A DNA stretch of 64,000 bases from contig JBIJDH010000002.1 of NCBI GenBank assembly GCA_044344255.1, forward strand, positions 1 to 64,000, given 5' to 3'. The notes under the pieces are model-generated. The model had not been told where the DNA came from and ran no database searches. It saw only the letters and a list, made by a program, of their open reading frames with translations. Positions 19,001-26,615 of this stretch are shown one piece after another. The stretch is from Myxococcota bacterium. Its GTDB lineage: Bacteria > Myxococcota_A > UBA796 > UBA2385. A program made the position numbers and the translations under genes. The number at the start of each line of letters is the position of its first letter. Position 1 is the stretch's first letter.

Positions 19001-22000
19001 GCCGGGGAAGACGGAGGCGTCGGCGTCCTCGCAGTCGCCCGTGGGCTCGGCGCTCGTGGCCTCGCCCGTGTCGGAGCAGTCCCCGTCGCTGGAGAGGAGG
19101 GTGCTGGTCAGCCGGTAACCGTCATCGTCCTGGTCGATGTAGCAGGTCTCCGCTCCGTCGCAGTCCTGGTCGAGCCCGTCGGCCACCACCTCCGCGGCGC
19201 CGGGGTAGATGGTGGCGCGGGTGTCGTCGCAGTCTCCGGTGGGATCTGCGGTGACGCCCTCACCGGAGTCGATACAGTCCGGGTCAGCGGAGAGGACGGT
19301 GGTGGTCAGCCGATATCCGTCGTTGTCCTGGTCGGCGTAGCAGCTCTCGTAGCCATCGCAGTCCGTGTCGATGCCGTCCCCCACCGAGTCGGCGGCGCCC
19401 GGGTGGATGGTGGCGTCCACATCGTCGCAATCTCCGCTGGAAGCGCTCGACAGGGCCTCACCGGCGTCCGAGCAGTCGGCGTCGGCGGAGGCCACCGTGG
19501 TCGACAGTCGGTAGCCGTCCCGGTCTGAGTCCACATAGCAGATCTCTTTACCGTCACAGCTCTGATCTGCCCCGTCTGCCGTGACCTCCGCGGCGCCGGG
19601 ATAGGTGATGGCGCTGCTGTCGTCGCAGTCGCTGGCGGGGAGCGAGGAGAGGGCCTCTCCCGGATCGGCGCAGTCGGTGTCGATGGAGGTGAAGGTGCTG
19701 CTGAGTCGATAGCCGTCATTGTCGGCGTTTGTGTAGCAGAGCTCGGTGCCGTCGCAGTCCTGGTCGACCTCATCTCCGGCGAGCTCTGTCGCGCCGGGGT
19801 GGACGGCGGTGTCGGTGTCGTCACAGTCGCCCGTGGACATCGTGAGCGCGGCCTCGCCGCTGTCGCGGCAGTCGAGGTCGGCCGAGGCCAGCGAGGCGGT
19901 GGAGCGATAGACGTCGGCGTCGGCGTCGGTGAAGCAGAGCTCGGCGCCGTCGCAGTCCTGGTCGACCTCGTCGCCGACGACCTCGGTCGCGCCAGGGTGG
20001 GTGGTGGTGGCGGTGTCGTCGCAGTCGCCGGTGGGGTCCGCGGTGAGGGCCTCGCCGAGATCATCGCAGTCGGAGTCGGCAGAGGTCACCGTGGTGCTCA
20101 ACCGGTAGCCGTCGTCGTCTCCGTCCACATAGCAGAGCTCGATATCATCGCAGTCCTGGTCGATCCCGTCGCCGGTGATCTCGACGGCCCCGGGCTTGAT
20201 AGTCGCGTCCGAGTCATCGCAGTCGACGATGAAGGTGTATCCGTCTCCGTCGGAGTCGGCGCTGCGGCCGTGATAGGCATAGGCCGCCCCGACGTTCGAG
20301 CTGGAGGCGGGCGCGCCGGCGACGAGGTCGTCGTAGCCATCCCCGTTGACGTCGCCGGCGAAGGCGACCGCGTAGCCGTACTGCCCGGACGACCCTGCCG
20401 GGCTGTCGAAGCGCATGGAGCCGGTGGTGATGAGGCCGGCGGTGGAGCCGAGGAAGAGGTAGGCCGCGCCCGTGTCGGCGGAGTAGGACGCCTCTCCCAC
20501 GAAGAGGTCGGCGGCGCCGTCCCCTGTGTAGTCTCCCCGCAGCGACAGCGCGGCGCCGAATTTGAGGTTCATGCCGGAGCCATAGACCACGGAGGTGCCA
20601 GCGGTGGCGAGGCCGGCCGCGCTGCCGTACGCCACCCAGGCCGCGCCGACAGTCGAAGCATAGGGCGCGCCGAAGGCGACGTCGTCGTACCCGTCGCCGT
20701 TGACGTCGCCGCCGCCGCTCACCGCGGTGCCCGCGCTGTCGTTCGGCAGGAACCCGGTGAACGAGGTGACCGCGGTGGTGGAGAAGCCCGTGGCGGCGCC
20801 CCGATAGACGTCAGCGCGGCCGGAGTTGGCCGAGTATCCCGGCGAGCCGATGATGAGGCCCCCATAGCCGCTGCCATCTACGTCCCCGCTGGGGGACAGG
20901 GCGTAGCCGAAACGATCGCCGGTGTTCGAGCCGTCCAGGGTGGCGGAGCCAGTGGTGCTCAGCCCGGACGAGCCCCCGTAGTAGATCGTGACCCGGCCCT
21001 TGCTGGAGCTGTAGCCGTATCCGCCCACCGCGACGTCGTCATAACCGTCGAGGTTGAGGTCCCCGGCGCTCGCCACCGACCACCCGAAGTACCCATTGGT
21101 GGTACCCCCGCCCGGCGTGAAGGCCGAGGTCGACGACAGACCGGACGCGCTCCCGTGATAGACATAGGCTCGACCGCGGCTGCTGTTGTAGCCGTAGGAT
21201 CCGACGATGACGTCATCGTAGCCGTCATTGTTGACGTCTCCCGCGCTGGCCAGAGAGGCCGCATAGCCCGGCGTCGAGCCGCCGATCGCGACGACGCTCG
21301 GCGACACGAGGCCGCCTCCGCTCCCGTAGAAGACGTACATCTTGCCCGATGAGCTGCCGATGCCATAGGGCGCGCCGACCACGATGTCATCGAAGCCGTC
21401 CCCGTTGAGGTCGCCCGCCGCGGCGGTGGCCCAGCCGAGGAAGGGCGAACCGGCGACCGTGCCGGTGGTGGTGAGCGCGGTGGTGTATCGGGAGACGGAG
21501 GGGTCCACCGTGAGGGGCCACTGGGCGCCCTCGTCGTCGATCTGGATCAGGATGTCGGCGCCGTCGGCCTCGATGCGCGCGGGCACGGGGGCGCCGGTGG
21601 CGTCCCAGACCCGGAGCTGCGTGTAGAAGAGTACGCTGCCACCCTCTCCCTCGAGCGTGGCGGTCTCGCCGTCGGCGCGGAGGGCCCCACCGCCTGTCTC
21701 GATCACGAGGGTGAGGGGACCTCCTCCCACGGGCGGGGTCTCGAGGACCCAGGACTGCTCGAGGCCTGTGGCACGGCTCACCCAGCGCTCGACCACGGAC
21801 TCCCGGCGGAGCTCGATGGAGGGCCCACAATCCGCGGACGCGCCGTCGTCATCCGCGCACACGCCCAGGGCGGGCCGCGCCGCCTCGACGAGCTCCAGCG
21901 CCTCTCCGCGGCCCCAGGCGGAGAATTGAAACCAGAAGGTGTCCGACTCCGTGCGGACCCGGACCCCGTCGGCGTCGATGTCGGCCTCGAGGCCGGTCAG

Positions 22001-22252
22001 CGGCGAGGTGCTTCGCCAGGTCGAGCCGCCGTCCAAGGTCTGGAACCGGCGTTGATCGGCGTCAATGGCCGCGAACAGGCTTTGGTGGTCCGCCGTCAGG
22101 CCCGCCGGCTCGGCGAGGCCGCCTGTGTCCGTGGCGGCATGGGTGTCCGCGGCCGCTTGGCTGTCTCCAGCTTGTCGCACGTCGCCAGCACGTTGGCCGG
22201 TCCCGCAGGCAGCGAGCAGGGCGAGGAGGAGCGAGGGGGGCCTTCGACACAT
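16028..22252 (-). CDS. Giant surface protein: FG-GAP (integrin-alpha-like) propeller, ~21 Asp/Cys-rich MopE-like metal-binding repeats, (GTD)n linker and MYXO-CTERM
   Basis: Lipobox LAAC; GDxNGDGYDDxxVGAP repeats; DCDD...PGA.E...DG.DQDCDG repeats; C-terminal KAGCGCTAS...LAALLPFALALLRRR. Confidence 0.9.
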   Translation of the reverse strand: MCRRPPSLLLALLAACGTGQRAGDVRQAGDSQAAADTHAATDTGGLAEPAGLTADHQSLFAAIDADQRRFQTLDGGSTWRSTSPLTGLEADIDADGVRVRTESDTFWFQFSAWGRGEALELVEAARPALGVCADDDGASADCGPSIELRRESVVERWVSRATGLEQSWVLETPPVGGGPLTLVIETGGGALRADGETATLEGEGGSVLFYTQLRVWDATGAPVPARIEADGADILIQIDDEGAQWPLTVDPSVSRYTTALTTTGTVAGSPFLGWATAAAGDLNGDGFDDIVVGAPYGIGSSSGKMYVFYGSGGGLVSPSVVAIGGSTPGYAASLASAGDVNNDGYDDVIVGSYGYNSSRGRAYVYHGSASGLSSTSAFTPGGGTTNGYFGWSVASAGDLNLDGYDDVAVGGYGYSSSKGRVTIYYGGSSGLSTTGSATLDGSNTGDRFGYALSPSGDVDGSGYGGLIIGSPGYSANSGRADVYRGAATGFSTTAVTSFTGFLPNDSAGTAVSGGGDVNGDGYDDVAFGAPYASTVGAAWVAYGSAAGLATAGTSVVYGSGMNLKFGAALSLRGDYTGDGAADLFVGEASYSADTGAAYLFLGSTAGLITTGSMRFDSPAGSSGQYGYAVAFAGDVNGDGYDDLVAGAPASSSNVGAAYAYHGRSADSDGDGYTFIVDCDDSDATIKPGAVEITGDGIDQDCDDIELCYVDGDDDGYRLSTTVTSADSDCDDLGEALTADPTGDCDDTATTTHPGATEVVGDEVDQDCDGAELCFTDADADVYRSTASLASADLDCRDSGEAALTMSTGDCDDTDTAVHPGATELAGDEVDQDCDGTELCYTNADNDGYRLSSTFTSIDTDCADPGEALSSLPASDCDDSSAITYPGAAEVTADGADQSCDGKEICYVDSDRDGYRLSTTVASADADCSDAGEALSSASSGDCDDVDATIHPGAADSVGDGIDTDCDGYESCYADQDNDGYRLTTTVLSADPDCIDSGEGVTADPTGDCDDTRATIYPGAAEVVADGLDQDCDGAETCYIDQDDDGYRLTSTLLSSDGDCSDTGEATSAEPTGDCEDADASVFPGAAEVVGDGEDQSCDGAELCYTDADADGYRSDTSTLPSSDLDCTDAGEAAASATGGDCDDRASSVHPGAAEVTGDGTDQDCDGDELCYVDQDGDGYRLTSTKISTDPDCADSGEALSSDPTGDCDDTQATVYLGATELVGDELDQDCDGAELCYQDADIDGYRTSSTLTSADEDCTDAGEAAAIEPDGDCDDSDDAIFPDAAEIAGDGIDEDCDGGELCYADEDDDGYRLDTLVSSADVDCADPGEALPSDPTGDCDDTSDLYHPFATESDCADPADYNCDGSTAFVDTDGDGFAACEDCDDTRPDVHPGAVEVTGDSVDADCDGTELCYADVDDDGYRLSTVITSADTDCADIGEAFAGDPTGDCDDADATVSPGEIEVTGDEIDQNCDGVETCYADQDNDGYRVTTTVSSRDTDCDDSGEAALTESAGDCADAEPSVHPGALEVAGDGTDQDCDGAETCYVNADGDGYRLTSTVASSDLDCNDSGESTSGLPSGDCDDADNTVYPGAAETVGDAVDQSCDGKETCYVDADNDGYRVDTTLASSDSDCSDTGEALASDPTGDCDDTSSAYHPGASEADCTDPADYNCDGSTGFDDSDGDGFAACEDCDDADIAVYPSAAETVGDGVDANCDGAETCYVDADDDDHRVSAEVSSSDPDCSDSGEGLATDPADDCDDSDADIHPGAPEVVADGIDADCDGGELCYEDGDHDGYRTDTSVLSTDTDCLDSGEALATTADGDCDDTSAAYHPGAPEIDCEDPNDYNCDGSVGDADADADGYLACEDCDDSAGAVNPGATEGVGDELDQDCDGHEECYADADGDGYRMETSYYSEDADCQDAGEGTADLPIGDCDDQDAYAWPGAEEVADDGIDQDCDGEDEVTGDTGGTDGTDGTDGTDGTDGTDGTDGTDGTDGTDGADGADGGDVGASDGADGSSSIYDQHDEKAGCGCTASPRSPGALAALLPFALALLRRRGGGKTTPDRRGSMNERARR
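16242..16352. repeat. 9-bp tandem repeat (CCGTCGGTG)n encoding a Gly-Thr-Asp linker
   Basis: About 12 copies, of which roughly 7 are perfect. Confidence 0.9.
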
Positions 22253-22278
22253 CGGGAGCTCCGGCGATGAGCCGCATC

Positions 22279-23415
22279 CTACCGCAGCGGCGACCCCGCG
22301 GCCGGCTCCCGACGTTCGCTGGACAGGGTGAGGGAGAAGGTCGAGCCCACTCCGGGCTGAGACTCCACCCAGATCTCGCCGCCGTGCCGCTCCACCACCT
22401 TCTTGCAGATGGCCAGCCCGATCCCGGTGCCGTTGTACTCGGCCCCAGCGTGGAGGCGCTGGAACATCTTGAAGATGCGCTCGCAGTCCGAGCGTGCGAT
22501 GCCGATTCCGTTGTCTTCTACCTGGAGGCGCCAGCCGATGGGGTCGGGCCGAGCGCGGAGGTAGATGCGGGGCGGGCGGTTGTCGCGGAACTTGATGGCG
22601 TTGCCGAACAGGTTGCGGAAGAGCTGGTCGAGCTGGATCGGGTTGCCAGGCACGACAGGGAGATCGTCGCGGAGGATGACGGCGGAAGACTCGCGAATCT
22701 CGGCCTGCAGGCCTTCGATGGCGGTCTGGAAGACGTCGTTGAGCGGCACGTCGCGAAAAGACTGCCGGTCCGAGGCGAGCCGGGCATAGGAGTAGAGGTC
22801 TTCGACCAGGGACTCGAGGCGGGAGACCGCCCCGAGCGCGCGCCGGATCAAGCGTTGGCCGTCTTCGTCGAGGCGGTCCTGATAACGAAGGCCGAGGAGC
22901 TCGACGTAGCCGCCGATGACGTGCATCGGCCCACGAAGGTCGTGGGAGACGACGCTCGCGAATTGTTCGAGCTCGGCGTTTGAACGCGCGAGCTCCTCCT
23001 TCTGGGCCTGCAGGGCCCGGAGCGTGCTGCGCCGCTCGATGGCGTAGCGGATCGAGCGGTCGAGGAGCTGAGAGTCGGTCTTGCCCTTGATCAGGTAATC
23101 GGCAGCGCCGGCCGAGAGCGCCTGCACGTCGACCTCCCGGTCGCCGATGCCGGTCAGGAGGATGATGGGGCCCGCACAGCAGCCGGACTGGGTCGCCTCT
23201 CGGACGAGGTCGAGCCCGTTGCGGCTGCCCAGTCGATAGTCGACGAGATAGACATCGTGCTGATTCCGCAACATCGCCCGAAGTCCAGCCTCGGAGTCGA
23301 ATTCCCAGTCCAGGTGATAGGCGCGATCGGGGAGGCTGCGAAGCAGGTCGCGCGTGAGGACATAGTCATCCTCGTCATCTTCGATGAGCAGTACGCGGAT
23401 GGCCAGGTCGGTCAT
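22279..23415 (-). CDS. Hybrid response regulator-histidine kinase
   Basis: N-terminal REC domain (LIEDDEDD, LVDYRL), HisKA (SHDLRGP) and HATPase (NAIKF, DNGIG, GTGIGL). Confidence 0.92.
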   Translation of the reverse strand: MTDLAIRVLLIEDDEDDYVLTRDLLRSLPDRAYHLDWEFDSEAGLRAMLRNQHDVYLVDYRLGSRNGLDLVREATQSGCCAGPIILLTGIGDREVDVQALSAGAADYLIKGKTDSQLLDRSIRYAIERRSTLRALQAQKEELARSNAELEQFASVVSHDLRGPMHVIGGYVELLGLRYQDRLDEDGQRLIRRALGAVSRLESLVEDLYSYARLASDRQSFRDVPLNDVFQTAIEGLQAEIRESSAVILRDDLPVVPGNPIQLDQLFRNLFGNAIKFRDNRPPRIYLRARPDPIGWRLQVEDNGIGIARSDCERIFKMFQRLHAGAEYNGTGIGLAICKKVVERHGGEIWVESQPGVGSTFSLTLSSERREPAAGSPLR

Positions 23416-23873
23416 TCAGGGTCCCGAAGGGGCGGGAGCTCGACGATCTCAAACCAATAGCGGCTCAAGGCCTTCATGAGCTCGACCAGAGACAGGAAGG
23501 TGACCGGCTTGGTCACGTAGCCCGAGCAGCCGAGGTCATAGGTTCGAATGATGTCTTCTTCAGCCTTCGAGGTCGTGAGCACGACGATCGGGATTCGGCG
23601 GAGGTCGGGAGACTGCTTGATCACCTGCAGGGCCTCCCGGCCGTCCATCCGGGGCATGTTGAGGTCGAGCAGGACGAGCCCGGGGCGGGGAGAGCGCGCA
23701 GGATCGGCGTAGGGCCCCTCCCGTCGAAGGTAGGCGATCAGCTCTTCGCCGTCGTTGACGAAGCGCAGATCGTTCCGAAGGCGGCTCACCTGTAGGGCCT
23801 CCGCCGTGAGGAGTCGGTCGTCCTCGTCGTCATCGGCGATGAGGATGGTGATCGGGCGGCCTGCGGGGGTCAT
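23412..23873 (-). CDS. Single-domain response regulator (Rcp1-like)
   Basis: ADDDEDD, LLDLNMPRMDG, LTTSKAEEDI and YVTKP motifs. Confidence 0.92.
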   Translation of the reverse strand: MTPAGRPITILIADDDEDDRLLTAEALQVSRLRNDLRFVNDGEELIAYLRREGPYADPARSPRPGLVLLDLNMPRMDGREALQVIKQSPDLRRIPIVVLTTSKAEEDIIRTYDLGCSGYVTKPVTFLSLVELMKALSRYWFEIVELPPLRDPE

Positions 23874-25459
23874 GGGGGGTCTCCGGTGCCGGACCGGCCA
23901 GGAGGGAGGCGGCGAGGGAGCGTGACACGAAAGACGGTGCCCTGAGGGGGTGCGCTTTCAGCCTGCAGCCTACCACCGTGGCGCTCGGCGATGCGTCGAC
24001 AGATGGCGAGGCCCATCCCCGTGCCTTCGTACCGCTCTCGGCTGTGCAGTCGCTGGAACGGTTGAAACATGCGCTCGACCTGATCGGGATCGAAGCCGAT
24101 GCCCTGGTCGCGGACCTCGATGACCCAGCTCGAGCCGGCGGCGAGGTCGCGATCCTCCCCGTAGGCCAGCACTTCCACCTTCGGAGGCGCGCCCGGCTGG
24201 TGGAACTTCAGCGCGTTCCCGATCAAGTTCTGGAAGAGCTGGACCATCTGTGTGGGGTCGGCCTCGATGACCGGCAGGCGCCCGACCTTGGCCTCGCCGC
24301 CGGTGTCGCGCAGGCGCGTCTCCAGGTTGGACAGTGCGGCGCTCGCGGACTCGTTGAGATCGACCTGAGCGCGCTCCACGGCGCGGGTGCCGATCCTCGA
24401 GTAGGCGAGCAGATCGTTGATCAGCGTCTGCATTCGAGCTGCGGCCCGTTGCATTCGATCGATGGAGTCCGTGGCCACGGGCGGGATCGACTCGCCGAGC
24501 GACCCGCGGAGGCGGTCACCGAAGGCCAGGATCTTGCGGAGGGGCTCCTGCAGGTCGTGCGAAGCGACGTAGGCGAACTGCTCGAGATCCTGGTTCGAGC
24601 GTGCAAGCTCCTCCGATTTCCGGGCGAGGTGGGCGGCGTTCGTCTTCCGTTCGGTGATGTCCTCGGAGATCCCCAAGAGATGGGACGGTCGCCCCAGCTC
24701 GTCGAGGATTGGGATCTTCTTCGTGTGCAGGGTGCGCGTCCCGAAGGTCCGAGTGTGGATCGGCTCCTCCGGAATGTCGACCAGGACTCCATTCTGGAGG
24801 ACGTCGCGGTCTTTTGCGGTGAAGAAGTCTGCCTCGTCCTTGGGGAAGAAGTCGTAGTCGTTCTGGCCGATCAACCGCTCGCGGCTGTGACCGAGGAGGG
24901 ACTCCCCCGCGCGATTGAAGCGGACGAAGCGGAGCTCGGCGGCGTCCTTCACGAAGATCATGTGGGGGATGTTCTCAACGATCGACTCGACGAAGCGCTT
25001 CTCCTCCTGGAGCGACACCTCGGCGTTACGACGACTGCTCACGTCCTCCACCGTGACGCCGAGCAGGCCGGGCTCCACGGGGAAACACCGCACGTGGACC
25101 CATCGCCGGGGACCGGAGCTGGGCTCGGGGAAGCAGTGCTCGCCCAGATCGCGGAGCGGTCCGTGGGGAGTGCCGGCGGCGCCCGTGGCGAGCCGCTGGC
25201 GGAGTGCGGCCGCGACGGCCGCGGGTAGGCGTGAGAGCACGAGCGCGGCGCCGGTGGCGTCGGCCTCTGGGTTGAGCGCCTCCTGACCCGCCAACACCTG
25301 GAGGAGGGCGCGGTTCGTGAGCACGAGCGTGGGCGCGGGCTCCGCATCGCCCGAGGTCACCCCCGCTGGGCGAAAGACGGCGACCCCGACCGTGAGCTGC
25401 TCAAAGAGCGCGGGAAAGAGCTCGGCTCTTAGGTCGCTTGGCGGGGTCAGCGCGGGCAG
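23870..25459 (-). CDS. PAS-domain sensor histidine kinase; start at GTG 25360 or CTG 25459
   Basis: PAS/PAC (ENIPHMIFVKD...GISEDITERK), ASHDLQEPLR and HATPase motifs. The frame stays open and PAS-like upstream of GTG 25360, up to a GGAG-N8-CTG. Confidence 0.88.
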   Translation of the reverse strand: MPALTPPSDLRAELFPALFEQLTVGVAVFRPAGVTSGDAEPAPTLVLTNRALLQVLAGQEALNPEADATGAALVLSRLPAAVAAALRQRLATGAAGTPHGPLRDLGEHCFPEPSSGPRRWVHVRCFPVEPGLLGVTVEDVSSRRNAEVSLQEEKRFVESIVENIPHMIFVKDAAELRFVRFNRAGESLLGHSRERLIGQNDYDFFPKDEADFFTAKDRDVLQNGVLVDIPEEPIHTRTFGTRTLHTKKIPILDELGRPSHLLGISEDITERKTNAAHLARKSEELARSNQDLEQFAYVASHDLQEPLRKILAFGDRLRGSLGESIPPVATDSIDRMQRAAARMQTLINDLLAYSRIGTRAVERAQVDLNESASAALSNLETRLRDTGGEAKVGRLPVIEADPTQMVQLFQNLIGNALKFHQPGAPPKVEVLAYGEDRDLAAGSSWVIEVRDQGIGFDPDQVERMFQPFQRLHSRERYEGTGMGLAICRRIAERHGGRLQAESAPPQGTVFRVTLPRRLPPGRSGTGDPP

Positions 25460-25588
25460 GGGAGCGGCTCCATGCGGAGGGTCTCATCGATCGCGCCCAA
25501 GCGGGCGGGCAGAGCGCAAACGGGCAACGGATCGGGTGGCAGCTTTGTCTACCCTACCCGGGTTCGGCGCGGCGTGTGATGGGGATGG

Positions 25589-26539
25589 GTGCCGATCGTC
25601 GCTGTCACGGGAATTGGACTCGTCTCCCCCTTGGGCGCTGACCCCCAGGGCGTGGCCCGTCTGTTGTCGACGGGCGAGGCTGGCCTCCGGCCTCTGCCGG
25701 CCCTCCGTTGGCTGCCCGATGGCGGCCTCGGTGGGGCGGTGGAGGGGCCGGATCTGAAGCGCTGGCTGCTCCGCCGAAAGGACGCGAAGCTCCTCCCGCG
25801 GGCGGCCGCTCTGGCCCTGCCTGCGGGCGGCGCGGCCCTGGAGGGTTGGCCGGGAGATCGGCTGGAGCTCGGGCTGTTCCTTGGGGTGGGGCGCGAGCCT
25901 CCCGATGATGGGGAGAGCGAGGCAGCTCTCCTCGCGGCCTGTCGTGCCGGCCGGCTCGACGACGCCGCCCTCGCCCATGGCGGGCGAGACCTTTACCCTC
26001 CGCTGCTGCCGCTCAAGACCCTCCCCAACATGGCGCTGGCCCACCTGTCGATCAACCTCGGCGTACATGGCGAGAACGGAACCTGGGCGGGCGGTCCGTT
26101 GGCCGGCGCGCGCGCCATCGTCGCGGCGCTGCGGGCCGTCGAAGAGGGACGCTGTCCGGCCGCGCTCGCGGGGGCGGCGGAGAGCCGGATCGACCTCGGC
26201 AGCGCGCGAGACCGCCTCCGAATGGGCGAGGTCGGCGCCCCGGGTGAGGCCGCCGCGATGCTCCTCCTGGAGCCGCTCGACGTCGCCTCCGCCCGTGCCG
26301 CGCGGATCTTGGCCCACATCGAGGTCGTGGCGCCCGGGGGTGCCCCCGCGGGAGAGACCTGCCCGGGCCCGGAGGCGCTGCGCGCGGCGATCGGGGATTG
26401 TGGCTCGGCTGAAGGAGCGATTCGGGTCTTGCTCGCCGTGGTGGCGGCGGTCGAGTCGGGCCGGCATCAGCGCCTGGACCTCGTCGAGCCGGGCTCTCCA
26501 CCCCTGCGCCTGCAAGTCCGCGCCCCGTCAGCGTGCTAA
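25589..26539 (+). CDS. Beta-ketoacyl synthase N-terminal-like protein (inactive KS, chain-length-factor-like)
   Basis: VAVTGIGLVSPLG and LKTLPNMALAHLSI...G.N motifs. There is no Cys at the catalytic position, and the C-terminal domain is truncated. Confidence 0.8.
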   Translation: MPIVAVTGIGLVSPLGADPQGVARLLSTGEAGLRPLPALRWLPDGGLGGAVEGPDLKRWLLRRKDAKLLPRAAALALPAGGAALEGWPGDRLELGLFLGVGREPPDDGESEAALLAACRAGRLDDAALAHGGRDLYPPLLPLKTLPNMALAHLSINLGVHGENGTWAGGPLAGARAIVAALRAVEEGRCPAALAGAAESRIDLGSARDRLRMGEVGAPGEAAAMLLLEPLDVASARAARILAHIEVVAPGGAPAGETCPGPEALRAAIGDCGSAEGAIRVLLAVVAAVESGRHQRLDLVEPGSPPLRLQVRAPSAC

Positions 26540-26615
26540 CCTTGGCCTCCGCTTCCCCCATGAGCGCGCCTCTGGCCGCTCGGGGTGCGGGGGCATCAAC
26601 CGTGGAGTCGCCACC

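Noticed and set aside
16242..20260. Regularly spaced DNA repeats as a possible CRISPR array or DGR template
   Set aside because: The repeats are degenerate, in-frame protein-coding units. There are no unique spacers, cas genes or reverse transcriptase.
25881..26615. Apparent 245-aa N-terminal extension of the Ser/Thr kinase
   Set aside because: It overlaps the KS-like gene in another frame and is Arg/Pro-rich noise. An RBS with TTG at 26616 gives a normal kinase start.
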